In this document: positions 18,967 to 28,932 of the stretch, piece by piece
How the letters are laid out: each line of letters begins with the position of its first letter
Numbering within the stretch: the first letter of the stretch is position 1
Virus record (IMG/VR): IMGVR_UViG_3300036768_001066
Length of the DNA stretch: 64,000 bases
Reading direction: 5' to 3' (one strand)
From: a virus
Taxonomy: Duplodnaviria; Heunggongvirae; Uroviricota; Caudoviricetes
The notes under the pieces: generated by a model
Seen by the model: the letters and a program-made list of their open reading frames with translations, nothing else
Databases searched by the model: none
Told to the model about the DNA's origin: nothing
Translations under genes and position numbers: made by a program

Positions 18967-19419
18967 ATGTTTGTTATTGTATCAGTAATTGCATTTGTCG
19001 TCATCCTGGCGGTAATCATTGCCAAGGCCGCGAAAAGCGTACCTGCTGGTTCGGAGCCGATCCATAAGAAGGACTGCGGATGTGACAGCAACAGCAACTG
19101 CCAGCCGAAAGAGACCATGGCGTACCCATTGACTTTGGACCCGTCGGTGTCACCAGTTCCTATGCACGCCGAGGTTGCGGTAGAGACCGAGCAGCCCAAG
19201 GACGAGGTAATAGTCGAGCCAGTTGCTCCGGTGGTTGAAGAGAAGGTGGAAGAGCCTAAGGCTGGAGCTCCCATTGTGGAAGAGCCGAAGGCAGAGGAGC
19301 CTAAGAAGAAAGCGGAGCCTAAGAAGAAAGCGGAGCCTAAGAAGAAAGCGGAGCCTAAGAAGAAGCCTGCTGCAAAGAAGACCTCCAAGAGCAAGGACAA
19401 AGGTAAGGACAAGAAGTAA
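18967..19419 (+). CDS. membrane-anchored protein with a Lys/Pro/Glu-rich repetitive tail (AEPKKK x4)
   Basis: N-terminal TM helix. 18-bp tandem repeat gaagaaagcggagcctaa repeated four times at 19300-19370. Confidence 0.45.
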   Translation: MFVIVSVIAFVVILAVIIAKAAKSVPAGSEPIHKKDCGCDSNSNCQPKETMAYPLTLDPSVSPVPMHAEVAVETEQPKDEVIVEPVAPVVEEKVEEPKAGAPIVEEPKAEEPKKKAEPKKKAEPKKKAEPKKKPAAKKTSKSKDKGKDKK

Positions 19420-19422
19420 TTC

Positions 19423-19848
19423 ATGTACGGCATACTCGGCATACTCGCACTGTGGATAGCTTACGCCGCCTTCGAGGGCGTGCGCGAGGCTTACTATTTC
19501 TCAGCTAAAGTAAAGTGCGACGCGCACAAGGGAGTTGACGAGCACGCGTTCTTCACGGCGCAGCGTGCCCAGGTGGCATTCATCGCTGCCGTCGCGTTCT
19601 ACGCGCAGATGCAAAGCTTACCATGGACCGCGTATTACGTGGCCTCCATGATACTGATGTTCCCGTTCATGCACGACGGTTCCTACTACGTGACGAGGCA
19701 TCACCTGGACGGGGTGTACGACAAGGGGTGGTTCGATCATAGCAAGACTTCCACGGCCAAGACTGAGAAGTTGTTGACCCCATTAAACAGGACCATCATG
19801 TTTGGCGTTGGACTTGTGACTTACTTAATAAAAACACTTTTGTTATGA
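19423..19848 (+). CDS. hypothetical membrane protein
   Basis: 141-aa ORF with hydrophobic segments. Confidence 0.4.
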   Translation: MYGILGILALWIAYAAFEGVREAYYFSAKVKCDAHKGVDEHAFFTAQRAQVAFIAAVAFYAQMQSLPWTAYYVASMILMFPFMHDGSYYVTRHHLDGVYDKGWFDHSKTSTAKTEKLLTPLNRTIMFGVGLVTYLIKTLLL

Positions 19849-20267
19849 GGATCAAGAGGTTCACCGAACTTAACGAGAAGGCGGAGATGTATGACTTCGG
19901 GTTTACTTCCGAGGTGCAGCGCCGCGATGTCAGCTACTACGGTGAGGACACTGTGGTGGACAAGTCCAAGGATCAGTACATAGATGCAAACGACCTGACC
20001 GTCGTGTGGGAGATGAACTTCGATAACCGCAAGTCTGGCATAAACAGCATGGCCCCAGTTATACATAGGGTCAGCGGCTATTACACAGTAGTCACACCTT
20101 CGGACGACAAGGACGGCGAGAATGAGGTTGAGTTCAGCATCATCAAGGGCGACGGAGAGTGGGAAATGAACGGTGTGCTTTCCAGCGAGTTTGAGTTTGG
20201 TGGTTCCATGTACCCCAATGACATTGAGATCGATTTCAAGAAGAAGACGATAACCGTCAACTTCTGA
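19845..20267 (+). CDS. hypothetical protein, leader family ([11 protein letters not shown])
   Basis: 140-aa ORF. Confidence 0.5.
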   Translation: MRIKRFTELNEKAEMYDFGFTSEVQRRDVSYYGEDTVVDKSKDQYIDANDLTVVWEMNFDNRKSGINSMAPVIHRVSGYYTVVTPSDDKDGENEVEFSIIKGDGEWEMNGVLSSEFEFGGSMYPNDIEIDFKKKTITVNF

Positions 20268-20317
20268 TATATAATTTAGCATCGCCCAAAGGACGAAGGC
20301 ACTGGCCACGCGAGCCG

Positions 20318-20346
20318 TATTCCGCGCAGGACACCGACAGGGTGTC
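20318..20346 (+). terminator. rho-independent terminator (ggacacc / ggtgtcc plus TTTTTTG)
   Basis: Hairpin and T-run after the stop codon of the preceding gene. Confidence 0.55.
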
Positions 20347-20368
20347 CTTTTTTGTTATATTTGTGTAG

Positions 20369-21223
20369 ATGAAAAAATTCGGATTATTAGCGATAGCTCT
20401 GAAGATAGGATCAAAGATCCTGAGCATACTCGCAAAAAGCACAAAGTTCGTTCTCGCCGGCGTTTCGTTCGCCGCTTACGCATACATATTCACCTGGCAA
20501 TTTTCCGTGATAATATTGTCCATGCTGATAGTCCACGAGTACGGTCATATCTGGGCTATGCAGCGTTGCGGCATAAAGACCAAGGGCATCTACCTGATAC
20601 CGTTCGTCGGCGGTCTCGCGGTCTCGGACGGCATGGCCAAGTCGAGGTGGGATGAGGTCTACATCGCTATGATGGGGCCCATATTCGGGTTCGCCCTATC
20701 GGTGGTGTCTCTTGTCATATACTGCGCCACCATGGACCCCCTATTTGCCGCGTGCGCATCGTGGATGGCCATGGTCAACATACTTAATCTGTTCCCTGTT
20801 ACCCCACTGGACGGAGGCAGGGTGCTGAAATCAATAACCTTGTCGATAGACAAGCGCGTTGGGTTCGCGTACATGCTGCTTGCGCTGCTTGCCATGCTTG
20901 CGGCCGTCGTGTTTCTCGGCCTGTGGACGTTTGTCGTCCTGATAATAATCGGTGGCCTCGAGCTTTACTTCGAGTACCAGAGCCACAAGATACAGCAGAC
21001 GTTGACCGAACTGGAGAAGCACAAGCCCAACCTGACCGATGAGAGCGCGAAGATCATGGACGAGCTGATAGAGAAGCACCGCGATACTACGGAGAAAATG
21101 GACGGGCGCATGATGATAAAGTCGATGGCGCTTTACCTTTTGGTGCTGGCCGCGCTGTACGTAGTTATGGCGCTGATGAACCACGTGCCCGGCGCAGACA
21201 TAGCAATGCAAATGCTTAAGTAA
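20369..21223 (+). CDS. M50 family site-2 protease (RseP/SpoIVFB-like membrane zinc metalloprotease)
   Basis: HEYGH (HExxH) inside a TM helix. LFPVTPLDGGRV (LDG motif). Multiple TM segments. Confidence 0.6.
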   Translation: MKKFGLLAIALKIGSKILSILAKSTKFVLAGVSFAAYAYIFTWQFSVIILSMLIVHEYGHIWAMQRCGIKTKGIYLIPFVGGLAVSDGMAKSRWDEVYIAMMGPIFGFALSVVSLVIYCATMDPLFAACASWMAMVNILNLFPVTPLDGGRVLKSITLSIDKRVGFAYMLLALLAMLAAVVFLGLWTFVVLIIIGGLELYFEYQSHKIQQTLTELEKHKPNLTDESAKIMDELIEKHRDTTEKMDGRMMIKSMALYLLVLAALYVVMALMNHVPGADIAMQMLK

Positions 21224-21237
21224 TATGGGACTGTTTT

Positions 21238-21639
21238 TTGATAAAGGAAATAAAGAGCCGTGACGGCGAGCTGCACTTCAAGCGCTGGCGTATAATAGAG
21301 ACGCCATGGTTCTCCATTTACATACACGGGATATACAAGGCGGACGAGGATAAGCACATGCACGACCACCCCTGGAATTACACGTCCTTTGTGCTGAGGG
21401 GGTTCTTTTCCGAGAGGATGCCGGCGAGGGACGGCAGGAAAGGGAGGTACGACACTCTGATACTCGGGCCCGGCAAGTTCGTCGGGCGCAAGGCTGAGCA
21501 GTTCCACAAGATAGAACAATTACACTCTCCGAGCGTATACACTTTGTTCTTCACAGGCAGGAGGCGCAGGGATTTGGGATATTTGACGGAGATCGGGTGG
21601 ATGGACCATAAAACATACAGGAAGAAAAAACATGAGTAA
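21238..21639 (+). CDS. hypothetical protein (His-rich, possible cupin-like); TTG start
   Basis: 133-aa ORF. Confidence 0.35.
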   Translation: MIKEIKSRDGELHFKRWRIIETPWFSIYIHGIYKADEDKHMHDHPWNYTSFVLRGFFSERMPARDGRKGRYDTLILGPGKFVGRKAEQFHKIEQLHSPSVYTLFFTGRRRRDLGYLTEIGWMDHKTYRKKKHE

Positions 21640-22129
21640 GATTTCTATTATAGCAGCCGTATCAAAGAACGGAGTAATCGGTAAGGACAATAAACTGCCG
21701 TGGCACCTGCCGGAGGACATGAAGTTCTTCAAGGACACGACCACCGGGCACTGCGTGATAACCGGCCGCAAGAACTACGAGTCCATACCTGCCAAGTTCA
21801 GGCCTCTCAAGGACCGCACCAACATAGTGGTCACGCGGCAGGAAGGTTACGCGGCCGAGGGCGCCGTTGTGGTACAGAGCATCGAGGCGGCCATCGAGGC
21901 GGCCAAGAAGACCGGCGACGAGGAGATATTCATAATCGGCGGGGCCGATGTGTACAAGCAGTGCATGGGCCTGGCGGACAGGATGTACATCACGTCCATA
22001 GAACAGGAGTTCGAGGGCGACGTGTTCTTCCCAGAGATCGGCCCCGAGTGGACGATCGCGGTGGAGATAACTCCGAGCGTGGAGCCATCGATAAAATACA
22101 AGATAACTATTTACGAAAAGAATGGATAA
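21632..22129 (+). CDS. frd: dihydrofolate reductase
   Basis: N-terminus IAAVSKNGVIGKDNKLPWHLPEDMKFFK is the classic DHFR start. 165 aa. Confidence 0.85.
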   Translation: MSKISIIAAVSKNGVIGKDNKLPWHLPEDMKFFKDTTTGHCVITGRKNYESIPAKFRPLKDRTNIVVTRQEGYAAEGAVVVQSIEAAIEAAKKTGDEEIFIIGGADVYKQCMGLADRMYITSIEQEFEGDVFFPEIGPEWTIAVEITPSVEPSIKYKITIYEKNG

Positions 22130-22401
22130 ACAACGAGGCAAAGTTCCTGTTAATAGATGGGAAGGCCAACACACAAACTCCTAAGATGAAGGAGAAAATC
22201 GACGCAGTAGTGTTCGTCGGTCTAAAGCTGGTAAAGAACGCGGGCGGCAAGGTGTATGTGACCGGGTGGGCACGCTAATGGCCAAGTCCGAGATAGACAA
22301 GATCCGCCGGAAATTCAACCGCTCCGAGATAGAGGATTTATAGTTGCATTTGTACCCGTAATGAAACTTTTGTTAATTTCTTGAATATATATGAATGCTA
22401 T

Positions 22402-22833
22402 GGGACCGTACGGCATCGACAGAGATCCAATGGTTCAGAGAAGCACGTCGTGTTACTGTGGAATCAACACGTAAAAAATGAGTCTACGTTTTAGATGGCA
22501 ACATCACTAACGAGGTCGGCGGACTTGCCGACGTGTTAGCAGTCGAGAAGGCAACCAAGGCTCAGCCTGTTGCTGCTCAAGTAGAAGAACTTGAGTTCGC
22601 CTAACACCGGGAAGCTGGACCAGGTCCAGTGACCCCAAAACTTCAACCCCTATGAGCCTACGCAACGGCGGGTCAAAGCTGGTAACGTGGGTAGATGGTC
22701 CGGATCGAAAGTCTGGGATATTTTGGGAGGTTAGAAAATCTCATCCTGTTCGGAAGGTTTGGAAACGTTCCTAAACGTGTAGAAGGCTGGTCATGAGGTT
22801 TTTTGGACGGCGGTTCGAATCCGCCCGGTTCCA
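22402..22833 (+). ncRNA. ssrA: tmRNA (ssrA-like). Acceptor stem GGGACCG / CGGUUCC with a G3:U70 wobble pair, a T-arm GGCGGUUCGAAUCCGCC, and an internal tag-like reading frame.
   Basis: A 7-bp acceptor stem forms between 22402-22408 and 22826-22832, including G3:U70, the alanine identity element. The 5' region GGCAUCGACAGAG resembles E. coli tmRNA GGAUUCGACGGG. AAAAAAUGAGUC precedes an open frame, resembling E. coli AAAAAAUAGUC before the resume codon. A rho-independent terminator follows. Confidence 0.7.
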
Positions 22834-22911
22834 CTGAAGGTTTGTTCATTCCTCGAAAAATGAACTGGTGGATGCTACTGGTTAAGATATTTAGTCATAC
22901 CGGTCGGCCCT

Positions 22912-22940
22912 AAAAGCGAACCTAAGTTCGCTTTTTTATT
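22912..22940 (+). terminator. rho-independent terminator (agcgaac / gttcgct plus TTTTTTATT)
   Basis: Hairpin and T-run downstream of the tmRNA 3' end. Confidence 0.6.
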
Positions 22941-23053
22941 GAATAATTTCTGAAGGGGCGAAAGAGAAAAGGAAACGGGCATTGATTACCGGAACAATTC
23001 TTGGCTCGTGATGCTTTCAAACTGAATTTTTTATGGACATTTAAGCTCTACGA

Positions 23054-23422
23054 ATGAACCAACAGCTAATATCAGCACTAAACAAAAAGCCAGAAACCGC
23101 CGACGAGGAAGGTTTTTTTGGCAAGGCTCCGAGCAAAGAATGCAAGGAGAACGCGACGAAGTTTCTGGCGTCGTTACCCAAATACTACCGGGAGATTATC
23201 AAACCAGAGGAACACATCACCACACAACCGCACGGGACCATCGTGATAGACTGGTACTTCCGTAAGCAGTTCGTCAGCGTGGAGGTCGGTGACACGCTCG
23301 TGGGATTCTTCAGCGATTTCGACGACGGAGTTAATCCCGAGTCGTCCGGAATGGAACCTGCTGCGATCCGTGACACCATAGTGCAAGCCCTCAATAAGCT
23401 GTACAGGAGGAATGACGAATGA
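23054..23422 (+). CDS. hypothetical protein
   Basis: 122-aa ORF. Confidence 0.4.
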   Translation: MNQQLISALNKKPETADEEGFFGKAPSKECKENATKFLASLPKYYREIIKPEEHITTQPHGTIVIDWYFRKQFVSVEVGDTLVGFFSDFDDGVNPESSGMEPAAIRDTIVQALNKLYRRNDE

Positions 23423-23661
23423 GCGACGTAACATACAGGATCTGTTCTAACGTTAAGCGTTTACTTTTACCGTCCAAAGATGAGACTATAGAGCGGCGCC
23501 AGGGCAGGATCAAGAGGTGGACCACAGTTGCTTCCAATTTCGAAATTACCGACAAAGACGGCAACATCACGTACCGCGACTTTTAGACGTTCGAGGACGC
23601 GGAAAAGTACCTGATGCAGGAAGTACGCGAACGGGGGATACGTCCAGCGTTCTGGAAATAA
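23419..23661 (+). CDS. small ORF interrupted by an in-frame TAG (23584-23586), then 24 more in-frame sense codons
   Basis: MSDVTYRICSNVKRLLLPSKDETIERRQGRIKRWTTVASNFEITDKDGNITYRDF, TAG, then TFEDAEKYLMQEVRERGIRPAFWK, all with coding-type third positions. Confidence 0.3.
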
Positions 23662-23726
23662 TTATGAGATAACTTGACCGCAATTTTATTATTGATTATA
23701 TTCGTACAACTTAAAATGATACACAG

Positions 23727-24158
23727 ATGAAACTTTCAGCAGCACTAAAAGAGAAGAATAAATTGACTAAGAAGATCACCGAGACGCAGAAGCTGATCAA
23801 CCAGCACAACTCGGTTATCAAGGGTAACCAGCGTCCGATTGACGCGGTAGCTAAATTGAAGGAGCTTGAAGAGCTAACTGATAAGCTCGTGCACATTAAG
23901 TCCGCTATAGCAGCAGCAAATCAGCCCATCAACAGACACATCCTCCACATCGGAGAGTTGCGCTCACAGATCGCATTCTTGCGTAATCTGGACACCAAGG
24001 AGGGCAATCATACTGACTACGGCAGCACTATGACCGAGTACGAGACTCAGGTGAAGCAGGCGGAAGTTCTCGCAGCTATTGAGAGCAAGGAGAACGAGAT
24101 CGAGAAGCTCCAGGAGATCATCGACCAGTACAACCACAGCACTGAAGTTACACTATAA
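23727..24158 (+). CDS. coiled-coil protein
   Basis: 143-aa helical, heptad-rich ORF. Confidence 0.45.
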   Translation: MKLSAALKEKNKLTKKITETQKLINQHNSVIKGNQRPIDAVAKLKELEELTDKLVHIKSAIAAANQPINRHILHIGELRSQIAFLRNLDTKEGNHTDYGSTMTEYETQVKQAEVLAAIESKENEIEKLQEIIDQYNHSTEVTL

Positions 24159-24373
24159 GTCGGGGAGGGGAGGCGTACGAGACCGGCGCAAGCCGCGCGC
24201 AGAGTATCGGATCTTCCAACTTATGTTGCAGTCGTGTCCTGATAGCGTTAAGATGGCTTTAGAAATTCGAAGTTGCTTTCAAAACTTAGTATCTTAGGAA
24301 TTAAAACTTATGATATAAAGATATGAATACTCAGCAATGTTTCTGAAATCTCCCCGAACCGGCACCACATCAA

Positions 24374-24406
24374 AGCCCTGGAAAATTTCCAGGGCTTTTC
24401 TATTCA
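24374..24406 (+). terminator. rho-independent terminator (agccctgg / ccagggct plus TTTTCTATT)
   Basis: 8-bp hairpin and T-run. Confidence 0.6.
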
Positions 24407-24465
24407 TAATACTGGCTATCAAGTAGTTATGATATTTTCCACAGATTTATTTTATTCAAATAAAC

Positions 24466-24490
24466 TTCGTATCTTTACGAAGTAATGAAA
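24466..24490 (+). promoter_or_regulatory. conserved upstream element CTTCGTATCTTTACGAAGTAAT, 30-50 nt before the ORF at 24519. Bacteroidota-like -7 box TAnnTTTA.
   Basis: Near-identical element TTCGTACCTTTACTAAGTAAT at 26797-26817, the same distance before the ORF at 26848. Contains TAtcTTTA / TAccTTTA. Confidence 0.4.
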
Positions 24491-24518
24491 ACCTACTAAT
24501 AACCTAATCTCAATAACC

Positions 24519-26756
24519 ATGAAATTTAATAAAAATTCCAATTTTAAGAAGGACAGACCCGGCCTTTACTTCTGTGGAAAACCAAAAGTTGGTCAAGAAA
24601 AAATGGAAAAACTACAAACACAAGGCAACTATAAGGACCGCTTGGTAGCGCTGTGCGACCGCATCACAGATTTTTTCGACTGGGATATGGAGCGCGAGCA
24701 GAAGGAGTGGGATGAGAAGGGCAGCCGCAGGATAACGTCTACCGAGGACCTGCGCAAGACCGTGTACAAGGCAAAGATCGAGGCGAGCCTCAACTATGGC
24801 TTGGGCATCACTGGTCTGTACGAGCGCATCCCGACACCCGACAGATGGGGTGCCGGATGGGTTGACATGTTCGGGTATGGCGGGGCCGATGACTTCAACG
24901 AGGAAGAAATTGAGCGCCAGCGCAAGTTCGCCTACATAGTTCTCGACATCGTGAAACTTTACAAGGAGTGGAAGGCCAACGAGTTCGACCCGATGGTTAC
25001 CGGAATATCGTCCCAGCTTAAAACCGGGGAGACTAATATCGATCCTGCCGTCCTCGAGGCGATCAACAAATTGGTGGTTGACGGTAAGTTCACAGCGTAC
25101 AAGTACAAGGAGGGAGGGGACACTATCGGCATAAATGACGAGTACCACATCTCCACTGTTATCGGGTTCAGCCAGGATCTCACAATGTGGCTTACTCACA
25201 TACAGAACCAGCAAGAGTTCCTTAGCAAGCAAGCCGAGAACAAGGTGTTCATAACCATGTTTGGCAAGCTCGATGAGGTTCACCCGATATATTCGAACTG
25301 GCTGTTCACGTTACACAAGGGCAGCACCATCTGGATAGTCACCGACCAGGTAGACTTTGACAACCCGTATCAGAAGCGTGTGCGCCTGGAGAGACGCAGC
25401 GCCTGGAGAGACGCAGACGATCACTATGCCGAGTGCGATCTGCCGTTCAACCTGTTTCACGAGATGGACGAACTGAGAGGCAGCAACGATAAGCTCGCTA
25501 AAAACGATTCGTTCATACGCGAGAAGTTTGTCGACTTCCAGGTAGAGCAGGACAAAAAGTTTTCCAGTTACTTTGACCGCCGCGATAAAGGGTCAGAGCT
25601 CGAGGAGCACATGAAGAACCTGTTCAAGAAGAAGCTCGATAAGCTTGCCGTGGATTACGATTTCGTTTACGCGCAATCTGACGATAAGTATTACATACAT
25701 GACATGTACGCTCGCAGAGACGGACACACGGTGGCCTACGCGCACAGCGGTGAGATAATCGTGTACCGCCGCGCCGAAGTATTCTTCAAGCAGTTTTCCG
25801 AGCTAAAGGCCGGGCAGCAGACGTTCGTGGTCCTACTGATGAAGGAGATGATACAGTACCTTGGTTCTAACGTGGAGACCGAGCAGATAATGCTCGCGTC
25901 GGAGCACATGGACCTTAAATTGCTCGAGGGCGCCAAGATTGACCCTGTTGCACCGACGCACATGGAATACTGGACCGACGAGCACAAGGAGATATTCAAG
26001 GAACTTCTTGAGACCCTGGAGGAAGGCGAGGAGAAGCCTACAGCAATTGCGATCCAGACCTATGATGTTGTGCGCAAGTCGACACATTACAACGCGTCCT
26101 GGCTGACAACCCCGAAAAAATTGGAGAGCCTTGCGGAGTGGACTGTCCTCGAGGATGAGAAGAACAAGTTGTACTCGAAGGTTAAGGAACTCAGTGATAT
26201 GAAGGACGAGGCGTACAAGTGGCTTGACAAGCAGTTCCAGGACAACTATGACGCTATAGTTGAACGCATGACCATGGCCAAGGAGATAAGTTTCGTGGGG
26301 ATGAGATCCAGTTCCGGATTCAGCACCGATTTGGAGCTTGGCGAATGCGGTTCTGTTTTTGAGATGGATAAGAAGGGTGTATGTGTCAAGCGTGGCACAG
26401 GAATAGGCAAGAAGCAATACCACGAGGAGGATTGTATACCTTGTCGTACCACGAGGCTCGCACCGAACCAATCCAAAATAGTCAAAGGCGTGCACATACG
26501 TCATTACAAAGAGCTGATGTGGTTGCTTGGCCTCACTGATCGCAAGCAGTTGCACAAGTACTTCAGACAGTACAGGGCTCATAATTTGATACCGTATACC
26601 GGCAATAGCATACTCGGCCAGACGCACCCGTATTTGAGGATAAACGATCCGTGCAGCAGGAGAGAATCGAACGGCATGACGTTTTATATGTTCATGTGCG
26701 GCACCTGCTATAAGAAGATAAAACAACAAGATAAACTCGAAATAAAATGGGCTTGA
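24519..26756 (+). CDS. large hypothetical protein (745 aa) with a C-terminal Cys cluster
   Basis: Long ORF with strong codon bias. No polymerase, terminase or Walker motifs recognised. Confidence 0.6.
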   Translation: MKFNKNSNFKKDRPGLYFCGKPKVGQEKMEKLQTQGNYKDRLVALCDRITDFFDWDMEREQKEWDEKGSRRITSTEDLRKTVYKAKIEASLNYGLGITGLYERIPTPDRWGAGWVDMFGYGGADDFNEEEIERQRKFAYIVLDIVKLYKEWKANEFDPMVTGISSQLKTGETNIDPAVLEAINKLVVDGKFTAYKYKEGGDTIGINDEYHISTVIGFSQDLTMWLTHIQNQQEFLSKQAENKVFITMFGKLDEVHPIYSNWLFTLHKGSTIWIVTDQVDFDNPYQKRVRLERRSAWRDADDHYAECDLPFNLFHEMDELRGSNDKLAKNDSFIREKFVDFQVEQDKKFSSYFDRRDKGSELEEHMKNLFKKKLDKLAVDYDFVYAQSDDKYYIHDMYARRDGHTVAYAHSGEIIVYRRAEVFFKQFSELKAGQQTFVVLLMKEMIQYLGSNVETEQIMLASEHMDLKLLEGAKIDPVAPTHMEYWTDEHKEIFKELLETLEEGEEKPTAIAIQTYDVVRKSTHYNASWLTTPKKLESLAEWTVLEDEKNKLYSKVKELSDMKDEAYKWLDKQFQDNYDAIVERMTMAKEISFVGMRSSSGFSTDLELGECGSVFEMDKKGVCVKRGTGIGKKQYHEEDCIPCRTTRLAPNQSKIVKGVHIRHYKELMWLLGLTDRKQLHKYFRQYRAHNLIPYTGNSILGQTHPYLRINDPCSRRESNGMTFYMFMCGTCYKKIKQQDKLEIKWA

Positions 26757-26796
26757 AGTGATTTCCGCTGAGATGTAAACTATATTGTCAAAAATT

Positions 26797-26821
26797 TCGT
26801 ACCTTTACTAAGTAATCAATC
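26797..26821 (+). promoter_or_regulatory. second copy of the TTCGTAyCTTTACnAAGTAAT promoter-like element
   Basis: See 24466-24490. Confidence 0.4.
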
Positions 26822-26847
26822 AAAAAGAAACCATAAAAGTTAAAGTT

Positions 26848-27684
26848 ATGTCAAAAATGATGATCGATGTTGGAGTGGAGCGTATCTCTCCGCAGTTAGC
26901 CAAGTTGTACTTGGAGAAAAATAAAGAAAACCGTCCATTGAACAACAGAAAGGTTGATGAGTGGCTACAATCAATGAATAAGGGTCTGTGGGAAACTACC
27001 ACTGATGCTATAGGGTTCGACACGAATGGGAACCTAATCAATGGTCAACACCGGTTGACTGCACTTATCAGATACGGAAAACCGCTTGAGTTCCTCGTCG
27101 CCCGTAATTTATCTCCTACCGCTTTCGCCGCAATAGATACCGGTAAATCGAGAAGCGCTGGTGATGTGCTTGGAATTCAGAAATTCAGCAATGCCAATCA
27201 GAAGGCTGGTATCATTCGTGTTTACTGTAACATGAAGAAGAATCGTTTCGTACGTTATCACGATGGCTCAGGTGCCGCGAAAATGAACAACCAAGAGGTT
27301 CTCGAATTTGCGATGCAACACGTCGAACAATTGGATGAGGTTTCTAATCTTGCGGCCAAGGTTAAGAATAAGTTCAAAGCGTGCATACACGCACGATACG
27401 TAGGCGCGCTCTATTGGGTATTCAGCGAATTGCCAGGAAAACAATCTCGTGAACAGGCAATGGAATTTTTCAATATGCTTGCCACCGGAGAGAATCTTAG
27501 CAAGAGTCATCCGGTGTTTGTCCTGCGTAACAGACTTATATCCGAGATGGCCTCACGTAAAAATTCTCCAGACAGTGATATGGTTGCGTGGACGATTATC
27601 ACATGGAACGCGTACAGAAAGGGCAAGCCATTAACCAATATCAGGTACAACCCTAATGAAAGAGATTTCCCTAAACCAATCTAA
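26848..27684 (+). CDS. ParB-like nuclease-domain protein
   Basis: LINGQHRLTAL fits the ParB/Srx-fold motif D/N-G-x-H-R. Confidence 0.5.
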   Translation: MSKMMIDVGVERISPQLAKLYLEKNKENRPLNNRKVDEWLQSMNKGLWETTTDAIGFDTNGNLINGQHRLTALIRYGKPLEFLVARNLSPTAFAAIDTGKSRSAGDVLGIQKFSNANQKAGIIRVYCNMKKNRFVRYHDGSGAAKMNNQEVLEFAMQHVEQLDEVSNLAAKVKNKFKACIHARYVGALYWVFSELPGKQSREQAMEFFNMLATGENLSKSHPVFVLRNRLISEMASRKNSPDSDMVAWTIITWNAYRKGKPLTNIRYNPNERDFPKPI

Positions 27685-27692
27685 ATTATATA

Positions 27693-27886
27693 TGAAACAC
27701 GCAGTTATCATCAGTATACTTACCGTACTCATCCTGGCGTTACTGTTCGCCATCAAGGCGTTCGCCTTCGTATTCGTGGCAATCTTCCAGTACGGATTGC
27801 TTGCCCTCGGAATCGCATGCGTGCTCTATCTTTGGTGGACGTTTACCCGCAAAAAGAAGAAGCAAAATGAAAACGACAAACTTTGA
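27693..27886 (+). CDS. small membrane protein (two predicted TM helices)
   Basis: 64 aa with a hydrophobic core and a KKKKQNE tail. Confidence 0.4.
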
Positions 27887-28095
27887 TTGGGACAAGTACT
27901 TTGTCTCTTTGTCTCTTTCGAGAAATACGGTATAAGTACCCGAATATTAAGTTCGCATACATTATACCCGACCGCAAGGTGGAATTGAGGCAGTACAGAC
28001 GCAGAATGCGATTAACTATGCTAATGCCGGTAACAAGGGTGTTGACCTAACGTGGTGGATTACGCCGCCAAATACAAGTTTTAAAAAGAGGAATC

Positions 28096-28932
28096 ATGAC
28101 TAAAAGAATAGACACCAAAGAGAGGAACAAGCAGATTGCGGCCCGTTATGCGGAGCTCGTGTCTGTCGATGTGTCGCCGGACGATGCTATTCAGAAAATC
28201 TCTGATGAACAGGAGATTGGCAAATTTTACGTACGCAGCATTCTCCGAGCTATTGGGGTGCGCATAGGCCGCAAGGGACAGTATGACCGCAAGGGCAACC
28301 TGTCGGACAGGGATCGCCAGATCATCGAGCTTGCCGAGAAGGGCGAGACGCCGGAGGACATTGGCAGCCGCTTTGAGATAACCCCAACGAGGGTCCGTCA
28401 GGTTGTGCGTGACAATGTCACTGATTTGAAACACGTACGCATTGAACGTACGCTGTCCGAGATAAAGAACGAAGTCGCCAACTACCAGGAGATGATAAAG
28501 TCCAACGAGAACATGAAGTCCGAGGAAAACCCGGGCGGCATCGACCGAACATGGAAAACCTGGTACCGCGGCATCACATCCAAGTACGGAGAGAAAACTA
28601 TGAGGGAGATAAAATCCAACCTCGGGTACAATCTGTTCAAGGAGTCGCAGAGATACCGCGACGAGAACATCGTGCAGATGGGCAAGATCGGCGGATTCTC
28701 GGCACAGTACACGGCAGACAAGCACGGACTGTGCAAGGATTACGTGTACAGCATCTGGCACAGCAATGGTGTGCACAAGGACAAGAAGAAGAAACTCACA
28801 CCCAAGGAGCGCCAGCAGCGAGACGCCAAGATTCGTGAAGCGTGTAAAACAAAGAAGATAGGCGAGGTCGCCAAGGATTTCGGTCTGTCGTATACAATGG
28901 TGAAACTAATAAATTCAGATAATGTCCGGTAA
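28096..28932 (+). CDS. putative transcriptional regulator with sigma-70 region-4-like helix-turn-helix motifs
   Basis: LSDRDRQIIELAEKGETPEDIGSRFEITPTRVRQVV resembles sigma region 4 / LuxR HTH. A second HTH-like IGEVAKDFGLSYTMVKLI. Confidence 0.45.
   Translation: MTKRIDTKERNKQIAARYAELVSVDVSPDDAIQKISDEQEIGKFYVRSILRAIGVRIGRKGQYDRKGNLSDRDRQIIELAEKGETPEDIGSRFEITPTRVRQVVRDNVTDLKHVRIERTLSEIKNEVANYQEMIKSNENMKSEENPGGIDRTWKTWYRGITSKYGEKTMREIKSNLGYNLFKESQRYRDENIVQMGKIGGFSAQYTADKHGLCKDYVYSIWHSNGVHKDKKKKLTPKERQQRDAKIREACKTKKIGEVAKDFGLSYTMVKLINSDNVR

Noticed and set aside
22482-22604. A protein-coding gene in the tmRNA interior
   Set aside because: It has no start codon and an in-frame stop immediately upstream. 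It is embedded between the tRNA-like ends, so it is interpreted as the tmRNA tag reading frame. The tag is unusually long and does not end in LAA, so the exact resume point stays uncertain.
22761-22833. A conventional tRNA suggested by the GGTTCGAATCC T-arm
   Set aside because: No D-arm or anticodon arm could be folded in the preceding 75-95 nt. The best 5' acceptor partner (GGGACCG) lies 425 nt upstream. That fits tmRNA, not tRNA.
24519-26756. The missing C-terminal half of the DNA polymerase
   Set aside because: No motif B (KxxxNSxYG), motif C (DTDS) or KKRY could be found. Weak resemblances (KVFITMFGK) do not align.
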